64,000 nt of DNA from contig JACOVG010000027.1 of assembly GCA_016177405.1 (NCBI GenBank), positions 14,733 to 78,732 on the forward strand, given 5' to 3'. Shown piece by piece: positions 10,045 to 18,672 of this stretch. The number at the start of each line of letters is the position of its first letter. Within the stretch, counting starts at the first letter, position 1. The notes beneath the pieces are model-generated. The model saw only the letters and a program-made list of their open reading frames with translations. It made no database searches and was not told where the DNA came from. Made by a program: the position numbers and the translations under genes. This DNA comes from Candidatus Omnitrophota bacterium. Lineage in GTDB: Bacteria > Omnitrophota > Gorgyraeia > 1-14-0-20-64-10.

Positions 10045-10735
10045 CGCCCTGCCCTTTATCACCCATCTGGAGGAGCTGCGCCGAAGGCTCTTGAGGTCCT
10101 TGGGCTGGGTGGCGCTGGGGGTGGCGGTGGCCTGGGTGAAGAGCGAGGCGCTACTTTCGTGGCTCATTGAGCCGGTGGGGAAGGTGGTCTACTTGAGCCC
10201 CACGGAGCCTTTTCTTCTTCAGCTGAAGGTGGCTTTGTGGGCGGGAGGGGTGCTGGCCTGTCCCTTCTTGGCCTGGGAGGCGTGGGGCTTTCTCTCGCCG
10301 GGCCTGCTGGCCCGCGAGCGCCGGTGGATGGCCTTTCTGATCCCCGCCGGGTTCGGCCTCTTCCTGCTGGGAGGGTGGCTGTCGTTCCGGTTCCTGGTGC
10401 CCGTGGCCTTGGGTTTTCTGCTGCGCTTCGGGGTGGAATCGCTGACCCCCATGATCAGCGCGGGCCATTACTTCGGTTTTGTGATAGGATTAGCCCTGGC
10501 CGGCGGGATCATGTTTCAGACGCCGGTGGTGGTTCTGGTGTTGACCCAGATGGGTTTGGTCACGCCCCGCACCCTGCTGGCGCAGTGGCGCGTGGCGGTG
10601 GTCGTGATTCTGGTGGCCTCGGCGGTTTTGACGCCGACGCCGGATATGGCGAGCCAGCTCATCCTTTCCTTGCCCATGACAGGGCTTTACTTTTTATCGG
10701 TGGCGCTGTCCTATGTCACTTGCCGGAAGAATTGA
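10019..10735 (+). CDS. tatC: Sec-independent translocase subunit TatC
   Basis: Six-TM TatC-like protein with [12 protein letters not shown] near the N-terminus. The supplied ORF starts at 9962, but the ATG at 10019 (MEKESP) avoids most of the overlap with tatA. Confidence 0.8.
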   Translation: MEKESPRPDALPFITHLEELRRRLLRSLGWVALGVAVAWVKSEALLSWLIEPVGKVVYLSPTEPFLLQLKVALWAGGVLACPFLAWEAWGFLSPGLLARERRWMAFLIPAGFGLFLLGGWLSFRFLVPVALGFLLRFGVESLTPMISAGHYFGFVIGLALAGGIMFQTPVVVLVLTQMGLVTPRTLLAQWRVAVVVILVASAVLTPTPDMASQLILSLPMTGLYFLSVALSYVTCRKN

Positions 10736-11165
10736 CGAAGATCTCAAGACCGCTTTAAAAGCGGGCGATTCGGCCACGGTCTCCACCTTGAGGATGCTGA
10801 AGGCCGGCATGGGGAATCTGGCCATCCAGCGCCAGAAAATGGTCCTGGAGGATTCCGAGGTCCAGGAGGCGGCCCGGCGGCTCATCAAACAGCACGAGGA
10901 ATCGATCGAGGCCTACACCAAGGCCGGCAGGAGCGATCTGGCCCAGAAAGAGGCCCGGGAGCTCGCGATCCTGAAGGCTTTTGTCCCGCCCGCCCTGGAG
11001 GAGCCGGAGCTTCGGGCGATCATCCGGGAGGTTCTTCAGGAGCTTCAGGGGGCCGGGGCCCCGGCCTTGGGAGCGGTGATGAAGGCGGTGATGGCGAAGG
11101 CGGCCGGCCGCGCGGACGGCAAGAAGGTCAACCAGCTTGTCGCCCAGATGCTGAAAGGGGCCTGA
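10713..11165 (+). CDS. GatB/YqeY domain protein
   Basis: 150 aa. Begins [19 protein letters not shown], as YqeY family members do. Helical and charged throughout. Confidence 0.7.
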   Translation: MSLAGRIDEDLKTALKAGDSATVSTLRMLKAGMGNLAIQRQKMVLEDSEVQEAARRLIKQHEESIEAYTKAGRSDLAQKEARELAILKAFVPPALEEPELRAIIREVLQELQGAGAPALGAVMKAVMAKAAGRADGKKVNQLVAQMLKGA

Positions 11166-11169
11166 TCCG

Positions 11170-11340
11170 GTGCGCTGCGACACCTGCCAGAAGGAAGTGC
11201 CCGAGGTCAGCCGGGTCGTGATCTACGTCGGCTACAACAAGCTTTCCGCCAAGGCGGTCTACAACTGCCCCGACTGCTTTGCCCAAAAGGAAAGAACCAA
11301 AACCTACAACCAACCGGATCCCAAGAAGGAGAAACCCTGA
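11170..11340 (+). CDS. Putative small zinc-ribbon protein (56 aa, GTG start)
   Basis: Translation [41 protein letters not shown]... has CxxC...CPDC. A GGGG-rich SD-like stretch lies upstream. Its stop overlaps the dcd start codon (TGATG). Confidence 0.35.
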   Translation: MRCDTCQKEVPEVSRVVIYVGYNKLSAKAVYNCPDCFAQKERTKTYNQPDPKKEKP

Positions 11341-11957
11341 TGCCGACCAGCCTCAAAGAGAGCAAGGCCTCCCGGGAAGCCGCCCCAGTCAGCCTTTCCA
11401 AGAGCAAGCTCTTGATCGACCGGGAGATCAAGGAATACATCGAGCGGTTCGACATGATCCGGCCCTTCAGTCCGCGCCTCAACTCGGAGGGGGCCATCTC
11501 CTGGGGACTGTCCTCGATGGGTTACGACATCCGGGTGGCGGACGAGTACAAGGTCTTCACCAACGTCTGGAACACCGTGGTGGATCCCAAGGCCTTTGAC
11601 GCGCGCTCCTTCGTGGATTTCAGGGGGCCGGTGTGCATCGTGCCGCCCAACTCCTTCGCCCTGGCCCGCACGGTGGAGTATTTCAAGATCCCCCGCAACG
11701 TTCTGACCCTTTGCACTGGAAAAAGCACCTACGCGCGCTGCGGGATCATTGTGAATGTCACCCCGTTTGAACCGGAGTGGGAAGGCTTCGCCGTGCTGGA
11801 GATCTCCAACACCACCCCCCTGCCGGCCAAGATCTACTCCAACGAAGGGATCGCGCAAGTTCTCTTCTTCGCCTCGGAGGAGCCCTGCCAGGTTTCCTAC
11901 GCCGACCGCAAAGGCAAGTACCAGAAGCAGCAGTCGATCGTCCTCCCCAAGATCTGA
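11340..11957 (+). CDS. dcd: dCTP deaminase
   Basis: 205 aa. Matches the Dcd/dUTPase trimeric fold ([37 protein letters not shown]). Confidence 0.85.
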   Translation: MPTSLKESKASREAAPVSLSKSKLLIDREIKEYIERFDMIRPFSPRLNSEGAISWGLSSMGYDIRVADEYKVFTNVWNTVVDPKAFDARSFVDFRGPVCIVPPNSFALARTVEYFKIPRNVLTLCTGKSTYARCGIIVNVTPFEPEWEGFAVLEISNTTPLPAKIYSNEGIAQVLFFASEEPCQVSYADRKGKYQKQQSIVLPKI

Positions 11958-11964
11958 AGCCTCT

Positions 11965-12582
11965 TCAGACCTTCAGGATTTTCTTCGCGGCGGCGGCGCC
12001 GTCGGCGTTGATCTCGTAGACCATCGGCACCCCGGTGGGAATTTCCAGGGCGAGGACCTCTTCCCTCGACAGGTGATCCAGCTCCATGACGATGGATCGC
12101 AGGGAATTGCCGTGGGCCGAGACCAGCACATCCCGGCCGGCCTTCAGGTCCTTGACGATCCGCGACTGGAAGAAGGGCAGCGTCCGGCCGGCCGTGTCCT
12201 TGAGCGATTCCCCGCCGGGCGGGGCCGCGTCGTAGCTTCGCCTCCAGAGCTTCACCTGCTCCTCGCCGAATTTCTTCCTCGTTTCATCCTTGTTGAGCCC
12301 CTGCAGATCGCCGTAATGGCGCTCGTTGAGGGCGGGGTCCTTGACGACCGGGATCCTTTCCTGGCCGAGAACGGACAGCAGGATGACCAGGGTCTCCTGC
12401 GCCCGGATGAGAGCCGAGGTGTAGGCCAAGTCAAAGGAAATCCCCAGCGCCCGAAGCGCCTCGCCCGCCTTCCGGGCCTCTTGACGGCCGCCATCGGTCA
12501 GGGGGACGTCGATCCAGCCGGTGAACCGGTTCTCCAAGTTCCACTGCGATTGCCCGTGACGCACGAGCGCTAAAGCGGCCAT
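11965..12582 (-). CDS. gpmA: 2,3-bisphosphoglycerate-dependent phosphoglycerate mutase (histidine phosphatase family)
   Basis: 205 aa. N-terminus LALVRHGQSQWNLENRFTGWIDVPLT carries the catalytic RHG motif. SLRS motif and C-terminal region present. Confidence 0.8.
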   Translation of the reverse strand: MAALALVRHGQSQWNLENRFTGWIDVPLTDGGRQEARKAGEALRALGISFDLAYTSALIRAQETLVILLSVLGQERIPVVKDPALNERHYGDLQGLNKDETRKKFGEEQVKLWRRSYDAAPPGGESLKDTAGRTLPFFQSRIVKDLKAGRDVLVSAHGNSLRSIVMELDHLSREEVLALEIPTGVPMVYEINADGAAAAKKILKV

Positions 12583-12766
12583 AGGTTTCTATCCCCTTTT
12601 TATTTTTGATCTTACACATTTGGATAGGCCTTGACAACTAAAAGGTCGCATGCTATTCTCCCGTAATATTTTTGAGGCGCATTTTGCGTTGGCGATGATC
12701 CCCGAATCGCCCGTTTAGGGTGTGTTGGACTGGCGAAAGATGGTATGCCAACGAGAAGGAGGGTCG

Positions 12767-13441
12767 ATGAACTGGATCGTGCAAGCAGCGACGGATTCCG
12801 TGAGGGCGATCTTTACGCGGGTAGGCAACTTCATTCCGACCTTGCTGGGTGTCTTGATCATCCTGGTGGTCGGTTGGCTGGTTGCCGGCTGGCTGCAGCG
12901 ACTGCTGGTGGGGGCCCTGAAGGCCATCCGCCTGGATGATTTGGCTCATACGGCTCGCATCTCGGACATCTTGAAGAAGGGCGAGGTGAAGTATTCCCTC
13001 TCCGAGCTTCTGGGGATCTTCCTCTATTGGCTCGTCATCCTGGCTACGCTTCTGGCCGGGCTCAACGCGCTGGGCCTGACCATGGCGGCCGAGCTGCTGG
13101 AGAAGGTCTTGGCCTTCGTCCCGAGCGTCCTGGCCGGCGTCATCGTGCTGGTGCTGGGGCTCTTCTTTGGGACGCTGGTGTCGGGAATCGTTCAGACGGC
13201 AGCGGCCAACGCGGGCATCTCCCAGGCCAAGGGCTTGGGCCAGATTTCAAGGGTGGTGGTGATTCTCTTTGCCGTGGCGATCGCGCTGGAGAAGTTCTTC
13301 AGCTCGATCATCATCCAGACCACCTTCACCGTTGTTCTGGCGGCGGTCGCCTTCGGTTTTTCCCTGGCCTTCGGCTTAGGCTGCAAGGAAATCGCCGGCA
13401 GGGCGGTGGGCGATTTTCTGGACAAACTCCGAGGGAGATAG
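12767..13441 (+). CDS. Membrane protein with repeated conserved-TM-helix segments (MscS-N-terminal-like)
   Basis: The start is set at the ATG preceded by GAAGGAGG (MNWIVQ...). There are four or five hydrophobic helices. No catalytic motif is recognisable. Confidence 0.5.
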   Translation: MNWIVQAATDSVRAIFTRVGNFIPTLLGVLIILVVGWLVAGWLQRLLVGALKAIRLDDLAHTARISDILKKGEVKYSLSELLGIFLYWLVILATLLAGLNALGLTMAAELLEKVLAFVPSVLAGVIVLVLGLFFGTLVSGIVQTAAANAGISQAKGLGQISRVVVILFAVAIALEKFFSSIIIQTTFTVVLAAVAFGFSLAFGLGCKEIAGRAVGDFLDKLRGR

Positions 13442-13480
13442 TCGGCCTCCCATCGGCTTACCTACGACCTTAAGAGAAAA

Positions 13481-13520
13481 AGAGGGGCTTCCGGACAAGG
13501 GAGCCCCTCTTTGTTTTTTC
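13481..13520 (+). terminator. Rho-independent terminator
   Basis: GC stem GAGGGGCT / AGCCCCTC with a loop, followed by TTTGTTTTTT, directly after the stop of the membrane-protein gene. Confidence 0.7.
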
Positions 13521-13534
13521 CGCGGAGGGGCGGG

Positions 13535-14557
13535 GTGAAGATCGGCATGACGTTCGACCTGAAGACCGAGTACGTCTTCCATCCGGGCGACCCCCAGGAC
13601 GCCAACGCCGAGTTTGATCATCCCGACACGGTGGGCGTCATCGCCCAGGCCCTGAAGGACCTGGGGCATGAGGTGGTCCTCATCGGGAACGCCTCCAAGC
13701 TGATCGAGAGCCTGGACCGGCTGAAGGTGGATCTGGTCTTCAACATCGCGGAAGGGTACTTCGGGCGCAACCGGGAGGCCCAGGTGCCGGTGCTTCTTGA
13801 GATGAGCGGGATTCCCTACGCGGGATCGGACGGCCTGACCCAGGCCCTCACGCTGGACAAGGTGATGGCCAAGAAGATCCTGCTGGCCGAAGGGATCCCC
13901 ACCCCCCGCTTCTTCCAGATGGCGAGCGCCCAGGATCCGGTGCCGTCGGATCTGGCCTTTCCCCTCATTGTGAAGCCCCGTTGCGAGGGATCCAGCAAGG
14001 GCCTTTCGGAAAAATCCCTGGTGCATGAGGCGGACGCCCTCCGGGCCCAGGCGGCCGTCCTCATCCGGACGTATCACCAGCCCGCCCTGGTGGAGGAGTT
14101 CATCTCCGGCAGGGAATTCACCGTGGCCGTCGTGGGCAACGAGCCCCCGGAGGCGCTGCCCGTTGTCCAGATCAAGATCGAAGGCCAGACCGAGCTGGGC
14201 AGCCTCTTCTACACCTTTTCCCGGATCGCCGCCGGCGTGGAGTATCTGTGCCCCGCGCGGATCGATCCCGGCCTGACGGAGCGCTTGAAGGAGCTGGCCC
14301 TGCGGACCTATCAAGCGGTGGATTGCCTCGACTTCGGGCGGGTCGATTTCCGGGTGGATGAGAAGGGAAATCCCTTTGTCCTGGAGATCAATCCGCTGCC
14401 CTCCCTCTCCACCGAGGATGTCTTTATGGCGGTGGCCCGCGCCCTGGGAATCGGCTATCCGGAGATGATCGGCCGGATTGTGGAGGCGGCGGCCCAAAGG
14501 CTCGGGATCCGGGCCAAGACTCCTTCCGAGATGCCCGCCGCGAGGAGCCGCCGTTGA
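13535..14557 (+). CDS. ATP-grasp ligase of the D-alanine--D-alanine ligase family (first of a tandem pair)
   Basis: N-domain (VVLIGNASKLIESLDRLKVDLVFNIAEG) and ATP-grasp core (PLIVKPRCEGSSKG, EEFISGREFTV, LEINPLP). Start chosen at the GTG 5 nt after GGAGGGG. The supplied ORF starts earlier, inside the terminator T-run. Confidence 0.75.
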   Translation: MKIGMTFDLKTEYVFHPGDPQDANAEFDHPDTVGVIAQALKDLGHEVVLIGNASKLIESLDRLKVDLVFNIAEGYFGRNREAQVPVLLEMSGIPYAGSDGLTQALTLDKVMAKKILLAEGIPTPRFFQMASAQDPVPSDLAFPLIVKPRCEGSSKGLSEKSLVHEADALRAQAAVLIRTYHQPALVEEFISGREFTVAVVGNEPPEALPVVQIKIEGQTELGSLFYTFSRIAAGVEYLCPARIDPGLTERLKELALRTYQAVDCLDFGRVDFRVDEKGNPFVLEINPLPSLSTEDVFMAVARALGIGYPEMIGRIVEAAAQRLGIRAKTPSEMPAARSRR

Positions 14558-15834
14558 CGACCTCTTTCAAGATTGCCCTCGTCCATAACCTGAAACCTCC
14601 CGTCAAGTCGAAGCATCTTCCCGAGGACTATTACTCCGAGTGCGACAGCGCCAAGACCGTGGAGGCCATCGCCCAGGCCCTGAAGAGCGCTGGGCACAAG
14701 GTTTTGCCGGTGGAAGCGGACGCCCGGCTGCCCAAATGGCTGGGGGAGAATCCGGTGGACGGGGTCTTCAACATCGCCGAGGGTTTCGAGGGAGGATCGA
14801 GGGAGGCCAGGGTGCCGGCCCTGCTGGAGCTCATGGGCATCCCCTACACCGGCTCGGGGGTGCTGACCCTGGCCCTGGCGATGGATAAGTACCGCTCCAA
14901 GCAGATCTTCAAGGCCCAGGGGATTCCCACCCCCCACTTCCAATTGTTTGAGCATCCCGGCGAGAGTCTGGACAAGCGGCTGCACTTCCCTTTGATGGTC
15001 AAGCCCAACGGGGAGGGTTCCGCCAAAGGGATCTGGGCTTCCAGCGTGGTCTGGAATGAGGAGGCCTTGGCCCATCAGGTCGCGCGGGTCCAGAGGGCTT
15101 ATCGTCAGGAGGTTTTGGTGGAGGAGTTCATTGAGGGCACGGAGCTCACCGTGGGAATCCTGGGGGCCGATCAGCTCCTGCCCGTCCTGGAGATCGATTT
15201 CTCCAATTGCCGGGCCTCCGGAGAATCCTTCTATTCCTGGCGGATGAAGGAATTCCAAGGGGATAAGGCGCAGCACCTGAATCCCAGCTTCCACTGCCCC
15301 GCCCGCCTGTCCGAGGAGGTGACAAGGGCCGTGGCCTCCGTGGGCCTCAAGGCCGCGCGGGCCCTGGGGTGCCGCGATCTGGTCCGGGTGGACATCCGGT
15401 TGTCCACGGAGGGCATCCCCTTTGTCTTGGAGGTCAACCCCCTGCCGGGCCTGGATCCCGCCGAGTCGAACCTTCCCGTCATGGCCCAGGCGGCCGGGAT
15501 TCCTTACGAGGTTCTCATCAACCGCATCTTTGGATTCGCGATGGAACGGGCCTTGGCTCAACACCACCTATCCTTTTATCCCTTATCCCCTTCAACCCCG
15601 AGGCCCCAGGAGCCTCAACCCACCGGAAAGGAGAGGGCCGCTCTTCGCCCGAAAGCCGACAAGGCGAACGGCAGCGGAAAACGTCAAGCCGTTTCGCGCG
15701 CTTCGGTTCCGCGCGGGAGCGAACGGCAAGTTTCCCCCCTTTCCCAAGGGCGTCGAACGTCTGGCCGGCTGTGCGAGGATCGACCCCCGCCGCCCCGCCA
15801 GACCCATCCGAAGGAGGAAGACCTTGGACGATAG
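14554..15834 (+). CDS. ATP-grasp ligase of the D-alanine--D-alanine ligase family (second of the pair), with a low-complexity C-terminal tail
   Basis: TTG start overlapping the upstream stop (TTGA), preceded by GAGGAG. ATP-grasp core (FPLMVKPNGEGSAKG, EEFIEGTELTV, LEVNPLPG). Residues after about 330 are proline/arginine-rich low complexity, so the true 3' end is uncertain. Confidence 0.7.
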   Translation: MTTSFKIALVHNLKPPVKSKHLPEDYYSECDSAKTVEAIAQALKSAGHKVLPVEADARLPKWLGENPVDGVFNIAEGFEGGSREARVPALLELMGIPYTGSGVLTLALAMDKYRSKQIFKAQGIPTPHFQLFEHPGESLDKRLHFPLMVKPNGEGSAKGIWASSVVWNEEALAHQVARVQRAYRQEVLVEEFIEGTELTVGILGADQLLPVLEIDFSNCRASGESFYSWRMKEFQGDKAQHLNPSFHCPARLSEEVTRAVASVGLKAARALGCRDLVRVDIRLSTEGIPFVLEVNPLPGLDPAESNLPVMAQAAGIPYEVLINRIFGFAMERALAQHHLSFYPLSPSTPRPQEPQPTGKERAALRPKADKANGSGKRQAVSRASVPRGSERQVSPLSQGRRTSGRLCEDRPPPPRQTHPKEEDLGR

Positions 15835-17083
15835 CTACCGTCGTATCCGGCCCTGGAGGGATGTCTCCGAGGCGGAGTGGGAGGATTGGCATTGGCAGCT
15901 TCGCAATCGCCTCTACACCGTCGAACAGCTTCGGGAGGTGATTCACCTGACCCCCGAGGAAGAAGAGGCGGTGAGCCGCAAGGATGGGAGGCTTGTCATG
16001 GCGATTCCCCCCTACTGGGCGAGCCTGATGGATCCGGCGGATCCCCACTGCCCCATCCGGCGCCAGGCGGTTCCGTTGACCGACGAATTCGAGATTAAGG
16101 CCAACGACATGCTGGATCCCTGCGGGGAAGACAGCCACATGCCGGTGCCGGGCCTGGTTCACCGCTACCCGGACCGGGTGTTGTTCCTCGTGACGGAGCA
16201 GTGCGCCATGTACTGCCGTCACTGCACCCGCCGAAGGCTCGTGGGGGTCAACCACGGGCTCATGAACCATTACGAGCCTGCCTTCGACTACTTGAGAAAC
16301 CACCCGGAGGTTCGGGACGTCCTGATCTCCGGCGGCGATCCCCTCATGATGACCGACGTCCGGCTGGATAAAATCCTCACCGCCTTGAGGGAGATTCCCC
16401 ATCTGGAGTTCATCCGGATCGGGTCGCGCACCCCGGTCACCATGCCCCAGCGGGTGACGCAAGAGTACGTCGAGGTCTTGAAGAAGCACAAGCCCATCTG
16501 GATGAGCCTCCATTTCTGCCATCCCAAGGAGGTGACGCCGAGGCTCAAGAGGGCGATGGACCTGCTGGCCGACGGCGGGGTTCCCTTGGGTTCCCAGACG
16601 GTGCTTTTAAACGGCATCAACGACGAGCCCGCGGTGATGAAGAAGCTCATGCACGAGCTCCTGAAGGTCCGGGTGCGGCCCTACTACATCTACCAGTGCG
16701 ATCCGGCCCAGGGGATCAGCCACTTCAGGACGAGCGTCGAGAAGGGGGTCCAGATCATCGAGGCGCTGCGCGGGCACACGTCCGGCTACGCGGTTCCCAC
16801 CTTCGTGATCGACGGGCCCGGCGGCGGAGGCAAGATTCCCATCAGCCCCAACTATGTGATCTCCTACCAGGACGGGGTGATCCGCATGCGCAACTACGCC
16901 GGGAAAACCTACCTCTACTACGAACCCGGCTCGGAGGAGAAAGAGCTGGTTCCGGCCTCCGGATCCGCCGCCGTGCGCCAGGTCAAGAGAACCAACGGTT
17001 CCGGCAACGGAGCCAACGGTTCCCGTAAAGGGACCAACGGCTCCGGAAAAGGAGTGAACGGCTACCCGGAGTTCCTGCCCTAA
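15824..17083 (+). CDS. kamA: Lysine 2,3-aminomutase (radical SAM, PLP-dependent)
   Basis: Signature CAMYCRHCTRRR cluster motif. N-terminal EWEDWHWQLRNRL typical of KamA. TTG start 6 nt after AGGAGGA. At 419 aa it matches full-length KamA rather than the shorter EpmB. The C-terminus has an NGSG-rich tail. Confidence 0.85.
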   Translation: MDDSYRRIRPWRDVSEAEWEDWHWQLRNRLYTVEQLREVIHLTPEEEEAVSRKDGRLVMAIPPYWASLMDPADPHCPIRRQAVPLTDEFEIKANDMLDPCGEDSHMPVPGLVHRYPDRVLFLVTEQCAMYCRHCTRRRLVGVNHGLMNHYEPAFDYLRNHPEVRDVLISGGDPLMMTDVRLDKILTALREIPHLEFIRIGSRTPVTMPQRVTQEYVEVLKKHKPIWMSLHFCHPKEVTPRLKRAMDLLADGGVPLGSQTVLLNGINDEPAVMKKLMHELLKVRVRPYYIYQCDPAQGISHFRTSVEKGVQIIEALRGHTSGYAVPTFVIDGPGGGGKIPISPNYVISYQDGVIRMRNYAGKTYLYYEPGSEEKELVPASGSAAVRQVKRTNGSGNGANGSRKGTNGSGKGVNGYPEFLP

Positions 17084-17102
17084 GGCCCCGGCTTAAGTTC
17101 TC

Positions 17103-17138
17103 GGCCCCCAAACTTGCCTATGTTTGGGGGCCTTTTTG
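17103..17138 (+). terminator. Rho-independent terminator
   Basis: GGCCCCCAAAC / GTTTGGGGGCC stem followed by TTTTT, directly after the kamA stop. Confidence 0.75.
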
Positions 17139-17154
17139 ATAGAATAGCTACGCC

Positions 17155-18672
17155 GTGAACGAACTTCCCTCCCGCAAGGATTTCGTTGAGCTCAAGAGGC
17201 GTGACCGTTGGATACCGGTGGCCGTTTCCTTGCCGCTGCCTGCCGGCACGCACCCGATCCTTACCACCCCGCCCTTTGAGGCCCCCTGGGTTCTTCTGGA
17301 GTCGGCCCGCCGGCATCCCCTGACCGGACGTTTCAGCATCTGGGTTGGCGAGCCGGAGGCGCTCCTGTGGGCCCAGGGGGATGATGTTTGGTTGAAGGCG
17401 GGCGCGCGCGCCGAGCGCCTCCACGAGAACCCGCTGGATGCCTTGACCAGACTCCTGGCCTTGAAGCCGGCCGTCCGGCTGCCGGGTTTTCCTCCCTTTG
17501 TGGGAGGGGCCGTGGGCTTCTTGGGCTACGACGCCTATCGGTACACGGCGCCGCTTCCGGGCCGGGCCCCCGATGACTTCGGCGGGCCGGACCTGGCCTT
17601 CCTCTTTGTGAATGAGGCGATCGTCCTGGATCACCTGGAGGAGAGGCTTTGGCTCATGGCCTTGGCCGACCCGGCTCTTCCCCCTTCGAAATCGTACGAT
17701 CAGGCCCTGGGCCGGATCGAGGTTTTGAAGAAACGCCTCGAGGTTTCTCTCCGCCAAAGAGCGTTGGCAGAGAGGGGGGACGCGCCTCAAGTTACCTGCA
17801 CCCACACCCGCGCTTCATTCGAGGCGATGGTCCGGCAGGCGAAGACCCACATCGCGCGGGGGGAGATTTATCAGGCCAATCTCTCCCAGCGCTTTGCCCT
17901 GCCTCTTCCGGAAAACCCCTGGGAGCTTTACCGCGCCTTGAGAAGGATCAACCCCTCTCCTTTTGCCGCCTTCGCCGATTTCTCCGGCACACCGATCGGC
18001 GGAGGATTCAGGATCATCAGCGCTTCGCCCGAGCGCCTCTTGAGGGTCCGGGGCCGGAAGGCGGAAACCCGCCCCATCGCCGGGACCCGCCCCCGGGGCG
18101 AAACGAGGGAAGAGACCCTTCGTCTAAGGAAGGAGCTCCTGTTGAGCCCCAAGGAGCGCTCCGAGCACCTCATGCTCGTGGACCTGGAAAGAAACGATCT
18201 GGGCCGGATTTGCCGCTACGGTTCGGTCCGGGTGGACGAGTGGATGGCCCTGGAGGAATATTCCCACGTCGTCCACATCGTTTCCAACGTGCAAGGAACG
18301 CTTCGTCCCCAGGTGGGAGCAGCCGAGGCCATGGCCGCCATGTTCCCCGGGGGGACCATCACCGGATGCCCCAAGATTCGCTGTCTGGAAATCATCGACG
18401 CTCTGGAGCCGGTTCGGCGGGGGCCTTACACCGGGTCGCTGGGATACGTCAGCTACACCGGGGATTTGGACTTCAATCTGCTCATCCGCACCGCGTGGAC
18501 GATCGGCGAGAAGCTCTATTTCCAAACCGGCGCCGGGATCGTGGCCGATTCGGATCCTTCCTTCGAGTACGAGGAGACCCTTCACAAGGCCCAGGCCTTG
18601 ATGGAGGCCTTTGGACTTGAGCTCCATGACGAAGTGCCCATTGCCGGACTGCACACCGCCGCCGCCCTTTGA
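17155..18672 (+). CDS. pabB: Aminodeoxychorismate synthase component I (chorismate-binding enzyme; PabB/TrpE family)
   Basis: 505 aa. IARGEIYQANLSQRF and GGTITGCPKIRCLEIIDALEPVRRGPYTGSLGY motifs. Its position upstream of a class IV aminotransferase favours PabB over TrpE. GTG start only 10 nt after a TAGAAT box, so the leader is short or absent. Confidence 0.75.
   Translation: MNELPSRKDFVELKRRDRWIPVAVSLPLPAGTHPILTTPPFEAPWVLLESARRHPLTGRFSIWVGEPEALLWAQGDDVWLKAGARAERLHENPLDALTRLLALKPAVRLPGFPPFVGGAVGFLGYDAYRYTAPLPGRAPDDFGGPDLAFLFVNEAIVLDHLEERLWLMALADPALPPSKSYDQALGRIEVLKKRLEVSLRQRALAERGDAPQVTCTHTRASFEAMVRQAKTHIARGEIYQANLSQRFALPLPENPWELYRALRRINPSPFAAFADFSGTPIGGGFRIISASPERLLRVRGRKAETRPIAGTRPRGETREETLRLRKELLLSPKERSEHLMLVDLERNDLGRICRYGSVRVDEWMALEEYSHVVHIVSNVQGTLRPQVGAAEAMAAMFPGGTITGCPKIRCLEIIDALEPVRRGPYTGSLGYVSYTGDLDFNLLIRTAWTIGEKLYFQTGAGIVADSDPSFEYEETLHKAQALMEAFGLELHDEVPIAGLHTAAAL

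Noticed and set aside
14554-15834. Treating the two Ddl-like genes as ordinary D-Ala-D-Ala ligase (ddl) for peptidoglycan
   Set aside because: ddl normally sits in the mur/fts (dcw) cluster as a single copy. Here two diverged copies are co-operonic with kamA, between terminators, far from murJ. I call them Ddl-family ATP-grasp ligases of unknown substrate.
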